Source: Octopus sinensis
Lineage: Eukaryota
Length of the DNA stretch: 64,000 nucleotides
Direction of reading: 5' to 3'
Assembly (NCBI RefSeq): GCF_006345805.1
Contig: NC_043001.1
Span: forward strand, 25,234,001 to 25,298,000
Below the pieces are notes generated by a model that worked only from the letters and a program-made list of their open reading frames with translations, had not been told where the DNA came from and ran no database searches. Within the stretch, counting starts at the first letter, position 1; the number at the start of each line of letters is the position of its first letter. Both the position numbers and the translations under genes were made by a program. Below are positions 11,790-24,250 of this stretch, one piece after another.

Positions 11790-12814
11790 CCTTTTCTGGG
11801 AAAGGAGCTGTTTACACATGATTTCAATGTCATATTCATTGAAAGCATGTGAGATAACATAGAAAAGAAAAAAGCCATGAAACAAAACTTCATTGCTGAG
11901 AAAATCAGACTTCCCCGGTGACCCAACAGGTCACAGGTAGTCTAGTTATTATCAAATCTACATGCAGCTTGTATTGAGTAAATATGTCTAAAAACCTGTT
12001 GTTATTATTGCTACTTTTGCAAATAATCTTCAAATATCAATACTTCAATAATTTTTAATTTATAGTCTTAATGTCACTCATAGCTCCCAAAAAAGGTCGT
12101 CTGTTCCAACTTGTATACGATTTTTAGGAAATGAAAAACATATTCTTATTACTTAAACTGTCTTTTATTCATGTTTACAGATTAGGCAACAAATATCAGT
12201 AGAAATTTTATGTCACCAGCCATTAAGTGATTTTTATGTATATATGTGCAAAACCACAAAATTTATGAGGAACAAGTGTAGTCACTTGAATGACTAATAT
12301 ATAGTTTATTGACCCCAATCAAATGATAAACTGTCAATACCAACAAGATTTGAACTCAGAACTAAAAAAGATGAAAATTTTTATGGCAAAGCATTTAGTC
12401 TAATGCTCCATCTATTTCTCTTGCTGCTCCACTTTTAGTCCATGAAATAATGATTTCTTTTGATTAGGTATAACCATGTAAAAGAAGGTATATATTTTAT
12501 ACTTTTATTGGCATTTAAGTTGCATTAACTCAGAAGGATGAATTGGATATTTTGAAAAACCAACTTGACATCAGAAAGCATCTCCTTTGATTTTTCTACA
12601 GTCTCTACATCATTTTAAATGAGTAAAATATGTTTTAGAGTAAGGGCCCACTTTTTCTGCCCTAAACTGAGTGTATCAAAGAAAAATTAGGTTTGATGTA
12701 ATGATATGAACATAAATTATTTTACTACAGTATATAACAGAATCAATAATTTCCATATCATTGATTTATTTTCTTTACATTCACAAATCAAAAACAATAC
12801 ATATCTTTCTTTTA

Positions 12815-13556
12815 TCTTTTACTTGATCCAGCAATGAGACTGTAACCATGCTGGAGCACTCACTGCCTTGAGTTTTAGTTGAACAAATCAACTCCAGCAC
12901 TTATTAATTTTTTAAGCCTGGTGCTTATTCTGTTGGTTTCTTTTTGCCAAACTGCTTACAGGGACATAAACACACCAACACTGGTTGCCAAGTATTAGTG
13001 GGGGACAAACACAGTTACAGTTACAAAGACAGACAGACAGACAAACACACACAAATACATAATGGGCTTCTTTCAGTTTCTGTCTACCAGATCCACTCAC
13101 AAGGCTGCTTGAGGCTATAAGGTGCCATGCAGTAGGACTGAACCCAGAACCATGTGGTTGGGAAGCCAGCTTCTTACCACACAGCCATGGCTGTGCCTAT
13201 TTATGTTATTTTTATTCTTTTATTTGTTTCAGTCACTTGACTGCGGCCATGCTGGAGACCGCCTTATTCGAACAAATAAATCCTAGGACTTATTCTTTGT
13301 AAGCCTAGTACTTATTCTATTGGTCTCAAGCGATGGTGGGAGCAACAAACACAGATACATAGACATACAAACACACACACACGCACACATATTCGACGGG
13401 CTTCTTTCAGTTTCCGTCTACCCAATCCACTCACAAGGCTTTGGTTGGCCCAATGCTGTGGTAGAAGACACTTGCCCAAAGTTCCACGCAGTGGGACTGA
13501 ACCCGGAACCATGTAATTGGAAAGCAAGCTACTTACCATACAGCCACTCCAGTGCC
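12815..13556 (-). mobile_element. Two tandem SINE-A copies (about 12815-13198 and 13216-13556)
   Basis: Each matches the SINE-A consensus on the minus strand; the first is more diverged. Confidence 0.82.
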
Positions 13557-14046
13557 TATCCTCAAAGCCACTTCTGCGCCTCTATATTGCTTTTTTCTTA
13601 CAGATGTACCCCATCAAGAAAACTGCCACTGTTTCACAATGTTTTCTCTACTTATTTTGAATAGTTAATCTGAGGAAAACAGGTGATGCTCATAACTGTT
13701 TGAGATTATAAACTATGACAAAGTTTGGATTTAATGTTCAGTCTCGAATTATTATTTTTGTTTTGTTTTTTGAGTGGAGCATGTTTTTTTAGGGGAATCA
13801 TTGGCAAGAATAGTGGTCAAGAGGGATGCTGCAGTTTTCCAAACAAAAAAAAAAGTGTATTCTGTAGTATGTGGTTGGAAGAAGGTCAGATAGTGGTGGT
13901 GATATGAAAACAAAAAAGCAAGATAAATTCATTGGAGGGGTTCAGAGGGGCAAGCAATCTCTTTAGGGAGTTCAGTTGAGTAAAGGTCATTGTAGTACCA
14001 GTAGAAATAGCAGAAATATGTTTTAGCATAACAGTTGGATAGTTCG

Positions 14047-14310
14047 TCATCGTTTAACATCCGCTTTCCATGCTAGCATGGGTTGGACGATTTTGACTGA
14101 GGGTTGGCGAACCAGATGGCTGCACCAGGCTCCAATCTTGATCTGGCAGAGTTTCTACAGCTGGATGCCCTTCCTAATGCCAACCACTCCGAGAGTGTAG
14201 TGGGTGCTTTTTATGTGCCACCGGCATGGAGGCCAGTCAGGTGGTACTGGCAATGATCTCGCTCGAATCTTTTTACAATGCCACCAGCTTGGGTGCCAGT
14301 AAGGCGACAC
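14047..14310 (-). mobile_element. Family B RTE 3'-end repeat
   Basis: Family B consensus. Confidence 0.85.
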
Positions 14311-14689
14311 TGGATGTTGAGAATTCAGCTTTGATGATTGAGAACCTATCAGTCTAGCAGGAGAGAGTGGGGTTTCTGCCTTATTAAGTATCTGTTCTTC
14401 TACAAAGTACTAACTTGAAAACAACTATATACTTCTTCTGCATCTATTATATATCTGCTGTTCGAAAGATAGCATCCACACATTTTGTAGCAAAAAAAAA
14501 AATTTGAATACACTCTGTAAGGGAGCTAAAACAGTACTGTTTTTATATAACTTACTGGGTGAAGGAAAGGTAGCATCTTTGTCCTTATTCAGGATCTTGA
14601 AAACTGCTTGGAGGAAAGTATTTTTAGCCATGCGTCTAAATATATGCAACAGAGTGAAATCCATTGAAGATACTCAATGGTCAAGTTAT

Positions 14690-15080
14690 CATCATCGTCG
14701 TTTAATGTCCGCTTTCCATGCTAGCATGGGTTAGACAATTTCACTGAGGACTGGTGAACCAGATGGCTGTACCAGGCTCTAATTTTGATTTGGCTGAGTT
14801 TCTACAGCTGGATGCCCTTCTTAATGCCAACCACTCCGAGAGTGTAATGGGTGCTTTTACATCCCACCAGCACAAGGGCCAGTCAGGCAGTACTGGCAAC
14901 AGTCATGGAAAATCATGTGTTTTTTTTTTTTTTTACGTGTCACCTGCACACCAGCACAAGTGCCAGTAAGGTGACGCTGGTAACGATCATGCTCGAATGG
15001 TGCTTTTTACGTGCCACTGGCACAAATGCCAGTTAGCCGCTCTGGCAATGATCACGCTTGGATGGTGCTCTTAGTGCCCC
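14690..15080 (-). mobile_element. Family B RTE 3'-end repeat with several internal tandem units
   Basis: Family B consensus plus repeated GTGCTTTT(T)ACGTG units. Confidence 0.83.
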
Positions 15081-16954
15081 AGTGGTGTTAAACCAAACAT
15101 TGCATTGTTTCAGGTTAGGCTTGTTTTAACGATTCCTTTTCAAAAATTATCAAAAGAAATATAATACAACTATGTGAGCAATAGATTCATGAAATATGCA
15201 ATTGCTACTTTACCATGTTTTCAGTTACAGGTGTGTCTTTTAGGTCATGTGTGGTGGGAGGATAGAGTCGAAAAGACAAGTCTTTATGTTCATGTTGAGC
15301 TTTTCTAAAACTTGTATATATTTCTCAGTTTCTAAAAGTAGATTGAAAACTAGACTACAAAAGCTTTGACTCGAATCTTATAGCTTCAGTACTCCCAGAA
15401 ATGTAAGCAGTACAATAATGAACTTTGTGAAGGATTATCAACTGATCAAAGCTAAAGAAATTATTTGCCTTGAATAAGAAATCTTGTTTTGGGGATACAT
15501 TTTCAGCAACGTTATTGATTTGTGATTGCTGTGAAAGCTTATCAGAGCTTTCAAGGTATGGAATTTGCTGCCACTTTGAGCATTTTAGTTGTGTACATAT
15601 GTTGGTATAGTATGAGACTTTCTTTGATATGTATATTTTACAGAGTGATTATGTTCTTATGTCCACATATAAGAATGTTTTCAAGTTGTTACATGTAGAT
15701 GATACATGTATGCAAAAGGTTTTGGTAAAGTGGAGAATGCTTAGGATTGTGTCTGGCTGAAAGTAACTTAGAGATTCATAAATGAATAGTAAGAAAATAC
15801 AGAAGACATAATCAGTAATACAGTTAAAATGTGGACTGGTGAGACCTATCAGTGATTAGTTTGATAGAGGGAGTTGACAAATTGAATCCAGATCCTATGT
15901 CTAGATGGCCCAACTGAAATTTGAAGGAGGAAAGAGATTTTAGGTCTGTGATGGAGATAATTAGTTATTGTACATCAAAATTATTTAATTAGTCATCATA
16001 TAAGTTCATTTAGAGATACTACTCAGCATCTCTATACCCAAGAGAGTTTCTTCTTACAAAGATATGAAGTCTAAGTACCTTACCTAATAGAATATAAATT
16101 CAATAAAAACTGCTTGTTTCTTTCTTTAATTGCCAATATTCAATGTGATCAAATTATTTCCCTGCAACAATTTTTGAAATCTTTTACTTTAATAATTAAT
16201 GTCACTCGTGACAAGTAATAACAACTATCAATGGAGCAAGTAACAACTTGTCCATTACATGTTGTGGTCATTGAAAGGATGAAACGTGCTTATTGAAATG
16301 TGTCATGTATTGAATAAAATAGAACAGATTTTCCTCTTTTCTTTTCTTCTTTCTAAGAGTTGGGGTGTAATTATTCAACTTAAACTATTTCGATATTCTG
16401 GTAGCTATTTCATCAGAAAGATGACTTGTGTCTTTATAACGGTGTATGAATCTCCTTTTTATCTTTTATGTCTGCAATTACTGACAATACCAACAGCTAC
16501 ACATATCAATTTAAACTTTAAATTCTGTTGTTGGTGAAAGCTATGCTATTGCATATGCTAGACCCGAGACAGTTGTATCTCATTATCATCACTGGTTCTG
16601 TTATCTTTATTACTGACTGCTCTAATTATTTGGATTCTGTTAACTCTCTCTGTTTCTTGTTTTGTACTAAACTTAAATCTATATATTAAGATACACAACT
16701 TTTAGGTCCAATTCAAGCAGTTTCAAGATCACCTCCACAAACATAGAATGCTACAGTAATAAAATCATCGAGTTGTGTATATTTGAATTGAGATGGTGTT
16801 GTTACATAATGGGTGAGATCTAATAGAGTTACATGCGCTTCAATTATCTTTGTCATACTCTTGTTTTTTTGTTTTTTTTTTTGTTGTTGTTTTTTTAACC
16901 TATTGCAATAACCATTTATATTGAAATCTTTTCTCTCTGCCCCTCTTTTTCATC

Positions 16955-16960
16955 TCTCCT

Positions 16961-17031
<71 letters not shown>

Positions 17032-17036
17032 TTCTC
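16955..17036. repeat. (CT)n microsatellite
   Basis: Direct observation. Confidence 0.95.
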
Positions 17037-18119
17037 TCAAGCATTGCCAATCTCTATTGATTCACACTCTGAATCCGTTATCTCTTCCCATGTCAGTAAA
17101 AATGGATTTAATCAATAAATTTTAAAATACATTTATTTTATACAAATAATAATTTTTATTCCTTTTAAGTTCCAGTTACAACATCTGCCTTTTCTTTTTT
17201 TATAATAATTTATTTATGCATTTCCAGAACATCTATCATTTATAATTCTTTCCAACAACAAACACCAATATTTTTATCTTCCTTCTATGCATCACATTTT
17301 TCAATTATTGAAGTTAACAGCATTCACAGCAACAACAAACACACTTCCCCATCACACTTAATGAAGCAGAAATTCAAAAATATTATTTCCTATGATAGAC
17401 GTATATCTTATGTTACCCAGCTGGTCTTAACTACCCATAAATGCTCCTCTAATCCTTTAGCTTTTTAAAACTCTTATACAATATCATAGTGAACTTAAAG
17501 CTGTAAAATTTCTTTGAAAAAATATCCTCAATCAAATTTAGACAAATTTATGGAATTAAATACAGATTTACTGACTTAGGTTTTCATGCCTTATTTTTAT
17601 TCTTCGTTATAGAATTAATGAGTAACTATCTGTTCCATTCCAATTATATATGTACTTTCTGTATTTTCTTCTTAGTAAATTGCTGGCATGGTACCATTTT
17701 CTACATATTAAATAAATGGCAAAGACTGTATTATATCATTATTTATTCTAAGTATGTAGTCCCACCCTACACTGGCAGCTGCCAATGTTCCCAATCACCT
17801 AAAATGTTGGTGTTACCATTTTTATTACTTTTTTTCTTTACCGTCTGCTCTGGTACCTCAAAAACTACTCAACCTGGAAGCAAGAAGTCCAAATGTTTTA
17901 TTAATGATCACGAAGAAGTTTTTCTTTTTTTCTTCTGAAATTATGTTTTTTAGCTTGTTATTTAAATGTTAAGTAGGCCACCTATTTTTTTGTATGTTGT
18001 ATGGCTTGGAGAGCAAAAGGTTTTACTAAAAAGAAAAAAAGCAACCTAAATGCAATAGAAATATACTTACTAGATATTGGTAGTTATAAAGTTAGTAACA
18101 AAGTATATATTCAAATAAT

Positions 18120-18515
18120 GATCTTTTACTTGTATCAGTAATTGGAATGCTTCCATGCTGGAGCACCATCTTGAAGAGTTTAGTAGAGCAACTTGACTCC
18201 AGAACTTATTATTAAATCTGGTACTTATTCTATTGTTCTCCTTTGCCAAACTGCTTAGTTGTGGAGACATAAATGAACCAACACTGACTGCCGTGCAGTT
18301 TTAGGGGATAAACACATATAGACATATACAGACATAAACACACACACATATATACACAATGAGCTTTCGTGGATTTTCCATCTACCAAATTCACTCATAA
18401 GGCATTGGTTGACCCAGGGTTATAGTAGAAGACACTTGCCCAAGGTACCATGCAGTAGGACTGAACCCAAAAACACATGATTACAAAGCTATCTTAACCA
18501 TACAAGCCATGCCTG
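18120..18515 (-). mobile_element. SINE-A, diverged
   Basis: Collinear with SINE-A (catgctggagcacc...gacacttgcccaagg...ggactgaaccc). Confidence 0.78.
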
Positions 18516-19574
18516 TAAAAATCTTTTTCTTCTTTTTCTTTCCTTTTTTTTGTTAACATTTTAGCTAACATTGGGTCAAATATTTCTTATGTAATTACAT
18601 TGGGAAGAGACTGTACATCAAACTTAGTCCAACTTGTGAAACACCAATCTACATATTTCCCCATTAAATGTACCTGTTTCATTGTCTGTCTGTCTATACC
18701 TGCTGTCTTATACCTTCTCTTGTTCTCAATTATGGGCTGACTGTTCAGCTTATCTCAGTATTTTGATATTGATTGGGACATTTACAAATCTTTAATTAGG
18801 TTTATGGAGCAGTTACTTAGTAATGAATTCTAAGATATCCATTATTTTTTTACGTTATCTGGCTCGTGTATAACCTGGGTAGGGCATGTTGTGCCGATAA
18901 ACAATAAATGACACCCACCTCCCCTTCTACCCCACTATAAAAAATTAAAAAAAAGATTTTACACAGCAAACTAGAAATTGGAAAGTATCCACAAAATAAA
19001 CACAAAAAGAAAATAACAAAGACACTGCATAAAAAAAACAGCCTGAAAAAAAATAAGCAAAGAGATAAATATGAGTGATTGAGAAAAGCTGGCAGTAAAT
19101 TGGAATGGTTGGAGATGTTCCATTAAGAAAGGATGCAGCATATTTAAGATAGGGTAGATTAAACATGCTGTACTAAAACGAACCTTCTGTAAAGACACCC
19201 TTCTCAACCAGCTGGATACTCTAACGAGCTGGAAGTGCAAAGGTGAGACCTGAGACCTGTAGATGTACTCATCATTTGAAAGTAGGCTATGTTAATCATT
19301 TGATATCACACATATTCACAGGAACAATATTTTACTGCAACTTTCAGAAAATATTTGTGCAGTGTGCAGCAAAGTGTGTTAATCCAAACATGGAACTACA
19401 AACACAAATAATAGTGCACATGAATGTCATTCCTTTGTTAGACACAATAATTCCTGTTGAGATATTAAGCTTTGTCTGTCATATTTGCTCATGGGTGTAT
19501 GACAGGGAACAAAAGATTGACTAAACAATGAATAAATGAAACAGTTATCATCTGACAAGATAACTATATATATA

Positions 19575-19790
19575 TATATATATGTGACCTCGTGTGTACC
19601 GTTTGCAATTTTTTTCCTCTGTCTTCCCTTCTCTGGATCTTTCCTTCTCCTATGTTTCCAACGAAGAGCTCCGCTCAAAACGTTAAACCCTCCTTCTTTC
19701 CTTCTTTCCTGAGCGTCCAATAATACTATATTTGTTCCACGTCCTCGCGTTGTTGTGTTTTTTTGTGCTTTCTTGTTTGGATTAACTTAA
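19575..19790 (+). mobile_element. Penelope-like terminal-repeat fragment flanked by (TA)n
   Basis: Contains a degenerate minimal hammerhead; its 3' part recurs inverted at about 36695-36750. Confidence 0.5.
19654..19688 (+). ncRNA. Degenerate minimal hammerhead ribozyme motif (Penelope type)
   Basis: gttt-CCAACGA-a-gagc(tcc)gctc-AAAA-cgtt-aaac: stems I and II pair, but the core deviates from CUGANGA/GAAA. Confidence 0.45.
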
Positions 19791-19930
19791 CTATATATAT
19801 ATATATATACATATATCACGTGATCACGTGACCGACCAGACCATCAGATGTTGTTACACATCGCTTGTCACAATGCGTTCGCATTGTTTTAGCCTTCGAA
19901 TGACGCCACCCCACTGGCTAAGCGAGCAGG

Positions 19931-19983
<53 letters not shown>

Positions 19984-20157
19984 TTATGTCAATTTATATA
20001 TAAAAACAATTCAACATTAAACTAAAGAATTACTCAATACTTTTTAGTAGAACACATGTTTATTAAACTTTTACAAGAGATGACAGTAACTTTGAAGTTC
20101 AACAAGAGATAGCAGGCCAAAACTTTGTCACCCCTCCTATAATAATAATAACAAAAT

Positions 20158-20335
20158 TATTGTATACAGTGCTCAGGTGCACCATAACTTGTCAAAAGTG
20201 CGTATAAAGCATATGCAGTAATGTACAAATGTCTGGAAAGTGAACAGTGTATGAGTCAGATACATGCTTGCATGTGTATGGAGGGGAGAAAATCAGGTGT
20301 AGTGTTAGCGAATCTCAGGGAGCATGGAAGTTTTG
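20158..20335 (+). repeat. Unclassified interspersed repeat (inverted copy at about 49478-49645)
   Basis: tatacagtgctcaggtgca...gaaagtgaacagtgtatgagtca...atcaggtgtagtgttagcgaat is the approximate reverse complement of 49478-49645. Confidence 0.65.
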
Positions 20336-20396
20336 AAATCTTGTAAAAGTTTATTATTTGTGTGTATGTGTACCACTGTATTGACCACACTATTGG

Positions 20397-22072
20397 ATGT
20401 TATACACTGCTGGTCATAATGCACTTCAAATGATGCCAAGGAGAAGCACTACTGATGCTACTTTCCTAGTGAATTCTTACAGATTAATAATGCCTTTGGG
20501 GAAGTGGCCCTGCTCAATATGTAGAAAAGGTGTCGGTAGAAATTTCACAGAATATACCCTGTGTAAGCTAGGGACACACGAGAGGTGCAGTGCAATATCA
20601 GAAAGGTTAACAAAGAAAGTAGTCTTTGTGTGTGGGTGGCAGATGTGCAAGAGCAATAAACACTAAGAAAACAGAGGAAATAGATTTCTTCAAATGTCCA
20701 GGGGAGTCCTTAGAGGCAGTAGATAGCTTCCATGACAGTGAGCTGGCAGAAACATTAACATGCTTAGTGGTATTTCGTCTGCTGCTACATTCTGAGTTCA
20801 AATTCCACCAAGGTCAACTTTCCTTTCATCCTTTCGGGGTCAATTAAATAAGTACCAGTTATGCACTGGGGTCGATATAATCAACTTAATCCGTTTGTCT
20901 GTCCTTGTCCGTTCCCTCTGTGTGTAGCCCCTTGTAGGCAATAAAGAAATAAGATAGTTTCCATGACTTAGGTAACCAAACTAACAGTGGAGGAGGATGC
21001 TCTGAAACCATAGCTGCTAGAATAAGAACCAGCTGGGCAGAATTCAGAGATCTTTTACTTTCAGTGTGAAAGACAGATTGTTTGATTCCTGTATATGAAC
21101 AGCTATGCTACATGGCAGTAAAACATGGGCTTTGAATACAAAGGACATGATCTGAAAGCTTGAAAGAAATGAAGCCAGCATGCTCCACTGGATGCGCAAT
21201 GTCAGTGTGCTTGCATAACAAAGTGTGTTGGTTAAAGGAAGGCATCAGATGTAGTGTGCAAGAGAAAAGATTGTGTTAGTATGGTCATGTGATGCTTGTG
21301 GATGAAGAGAGTTACATAAAGAAGCATCGATCTCTAAATGTGGAGGAGGAAGATATGGGATGAAATGGTAGAAAATGATCCTCAGCTGTTGAGCCTCACA
21401 CAGGAGACGACAAAGCACCAGGACAATTGGTGATTTGCTGTGTTTGAGAAAACCCATCCATCTAAGTGAAATTGAGGTCGTAAAGGCATGTCTTTTATAT
21501 CTATGCTCCTGTTGACTCTCTTCCCCATAGCATATCCTCCGAATACCTGCTTCCTCTGTGTCCTCTTACTACATTCTCAGCTCTCCACCATCTCTCACTA
21601 TTTTTTACAATCTTATCTTGGTCCACTTCACTATATACACTTCCCTGTAATTTGGGTGTATGTCCTGTCACATCTTCACCATCATCTCTCTCCTTCTCCC
21701 TATCTCTCTCTCCAACTAAGGTAACCATGTATCTCCTCTACAGCAAGGTACCTAATTCTATCCCCCTATTCATACTCTAACTTCTCATCACCTGGGACAA
21801 ATCCACCTTTATTAAAACTATTCTCACCTCAGTTAAGAGGGTCCTGTTTTGCAATTTACTTGGAGGTTTCAGTGCTACTGGTGCCATGTAAAACAAAAAC
21901 ACCCAGTACATTCTCTGATTGACATTAGGAAGAACATCCAGCCCTAGAAACCATACCAAAGCAGACACTGGAGTTTGGTGCAATCTTTTGACTTGTCAGC
22001 TTCTGTCAAACCATCCAACAATGCCAGTATTCAGGAAGAATGTTAAATGATGATGTTGATGATGATGATGAT
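20397..22072 (+). mobile_element. Internally deleted RTE-clade LINE with PHD-like finger, ending in a family B (GAT)n tail; carries nested insertions
   Basis: Fragments RSTTDA, GKWPCSICRKGVGRN..., KCPGESLEAVDSF, GGGCSE..ARIR..W, HGSKTWAL, LERNEASML.WM.NVSV; tail 21860-22072 resembles family B. Confidence 0.8.
20737..20952 (+). mobile_element. SINE-C inserted into the RTE LINE
   Basis: Full head and tail; flanked by AGATAGCTTCCATGAC (20721-20736) and AGATAGTTTCCATGAC (20952-20967), a 16-bp TSD with one mismatch. Confidence 0.88.
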
Positions 22073-22736
22073 ATATAAAACCTACAAGATCTTCAATGTG
22101 GTTCCCATTGAACAACTACAAAGAAGTTACTTAGTTGGCTTGCTTGTCTCATAAATATGTTACAGGTGTTCAAGTTTTTTGTGTAATTTAATAGCAACTA
22201 GCTTTCTTTTCTTTTCTTTTTTTTTTCTTTTTTCTCTTATCAGTTAAAAAATGTCAATTAGTTTCTTCTTTCTCTCAATCTATTTACACTCTCAGTGAAC
22301 ATTGTGCAGTTTTGCTCACTCAACCTATATATCTCAGGAATGATGTAACTCCGCCATTCATTGCAGCAGTATATTTGGTACAACTGCATTCCATTTGTTG
22401 GTTAATTTCAATGCTTTAGTCTAATAATTAGTGACTAGTGGAACCTGTGAATATTTCACGGAATTAATGATAAACTTATTGGGTTACTTCTGATAACTTT
22501 TTTTTCAAAAAACCTGAAAGCGTAGCCTGTGTTGTATCTGTATCAAAAGATAGTCACTCATCTCTTAATCACTGAAAAGAGAAGGAAATCGAAATACGAT
22601 GATTACTTAATGCATTTTATATATACACTTTATATACTTTATGCACAATTTTATAGACTTAATACGCAGTACTCTTCCTCTTCGCTTTACCCTCTTTTTC
22701 TCTCTCCTTTTTCTTTCAGTCTTCACCTTTCATCAT

Positions 22737-24250
22737 CGTCATCATCAGCATTTAACATCCATTTTCCATGGGTTGGACAGTTTGACTGAGGTCTGGAGAG
22801 CCAGTGGCTACACCAGGCTCCAATCTGATCCGGCAATGTTTCTACAGCTGGATGCTGTTCCTAACACCAGCCACTCCAAGAGTGTAGTGGGTGCTTTTTA
22901 CATGCCACCGACACAGGAGCCAGTCAGGTGGGTCTGGTATCGATCACGTTCAGATAGTACTTTTTATGTGCCACCGGCACAGGAGCCAGTCTGGGAGTAC
23001 TGGCATCGGCCATGTTCGGATGATGTATTTTACGTGCCACTGGAACGGGAGCTAGTCAGGGGCACTGGCCAAGCTACGATTTTGGTTTTACTTGATTCAA
23101 CAGGTCTTTTCAAGAATATCAAATTGCCCTATGCATCAAGGATACTCTTAAATGGGCTGGACATGCAACACTGACATTGGCAATGGCTGCAAACTCACTT
23201 TAGTTGCCACGTCTTCTCAATCACAGCATACCTCCAAAGGTCTCCAGTCATTGCTTCTGTGAAGCCCAATGTTCGATGGTCATGCTTTACCACCTCATCC
23301 CATGTCTTCCCATGTCTTCCTGGGTCTACCTCTTCCACAGGTTCCTTCCACAGTTAGGGTGTGACACTTCCTCATACAGCTGTCCTCGTCCATATGTAAC
23401 ACATGACTGTACCAGCACAGTTGTCTCTCTTGCACACCGCATTAGATGCTTCTTATGTCCAACTTTTCTCTGAGTGCTTACACTGTCATGTATGCACACT
23501 GACATTACACATCCAGCAGATCATACTAGCTTCATTTCTCTCAAGCCTACACATCCTCAGCAGTCATGGCCCATGTTTCACTGCCATGTAGCATGGCTGT
23601 TCACACACATGGATTATACAGTCTACCATTCATCCTGAATGAGAGGCCTTTAGTTGCCAGCAGAGGTAGAAGCTCCCTGAACTTTTCCCAGACTATTCTT
23701 ATTCAAGCCGCTACACTTTCAGAGCAACCACCCCCACTACAGACTTGGTCACCCAGTTAGCAGAAGCTATCAACTACTTCTAGTTTTTTCCTTGGCATGT
23801 GATGGAATCTGTTTTCTTTACATCTTCAGCATTTATTTCCCTTGTACATCTGCCACACACCAAATCTATCTTCCCAGTTAACCTTCCTTTGATATTGCTG
23901 CACCTCTTATGTGTCCATAGCTTACATTGTTTGGAGTTTCTACCTACGCCTTTTCTATAGATCGACCATGTGAAGAGTTCTTAAGCTTCCAAGTCCTTCT
24001 TTTCCAGATTGGTCTGCTTTTTGGCATCCTTCTGGCCTCGAGTCTAAAGTCACTAATAACTAGTCTATGCTGGGGGGTACATTCTTCACCAGGGAGGGCC
24101 TTTGTATTTTAGAGCACCCATGCATCCCACTGTCTGGTGAGAAGGAAATCAATCTGGTTAGCAGAGTCACCTGATTGATAAGTTATCATGCGGTTGGCTG
24201 GCTTCCTGAAGTTGGTTTTGCAGCACCTTTCACTTCAACTGATCATGTGA
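22737..24250 (-). mobile_element. Internally deleted RTE-clade LINE (endonuclease end joined to the PHD/RT C-terminus), 3' UTR and family B tail
   Basis: The minus strand gives FRKP...ITYQSGDSA.QIDF, PGEECTP.HRLVISDF, a PHD-like remnant, LEVVDSF, GGGCSESV, KFRELLPLLATKGLS, HGSETWAMT, LERNEAS and LWRYAVIEKT, then a 3' UTR, tandem units and (GAT)n. Confidence 0.83.

Noticed and set aside
18850-19540. Non-repetitive block with several 70-97 aa ORFs
   Set aside because: No recognisable motif, stops in the most protein-like frame, and no consistent splice signals; possibly an old transposon relic.
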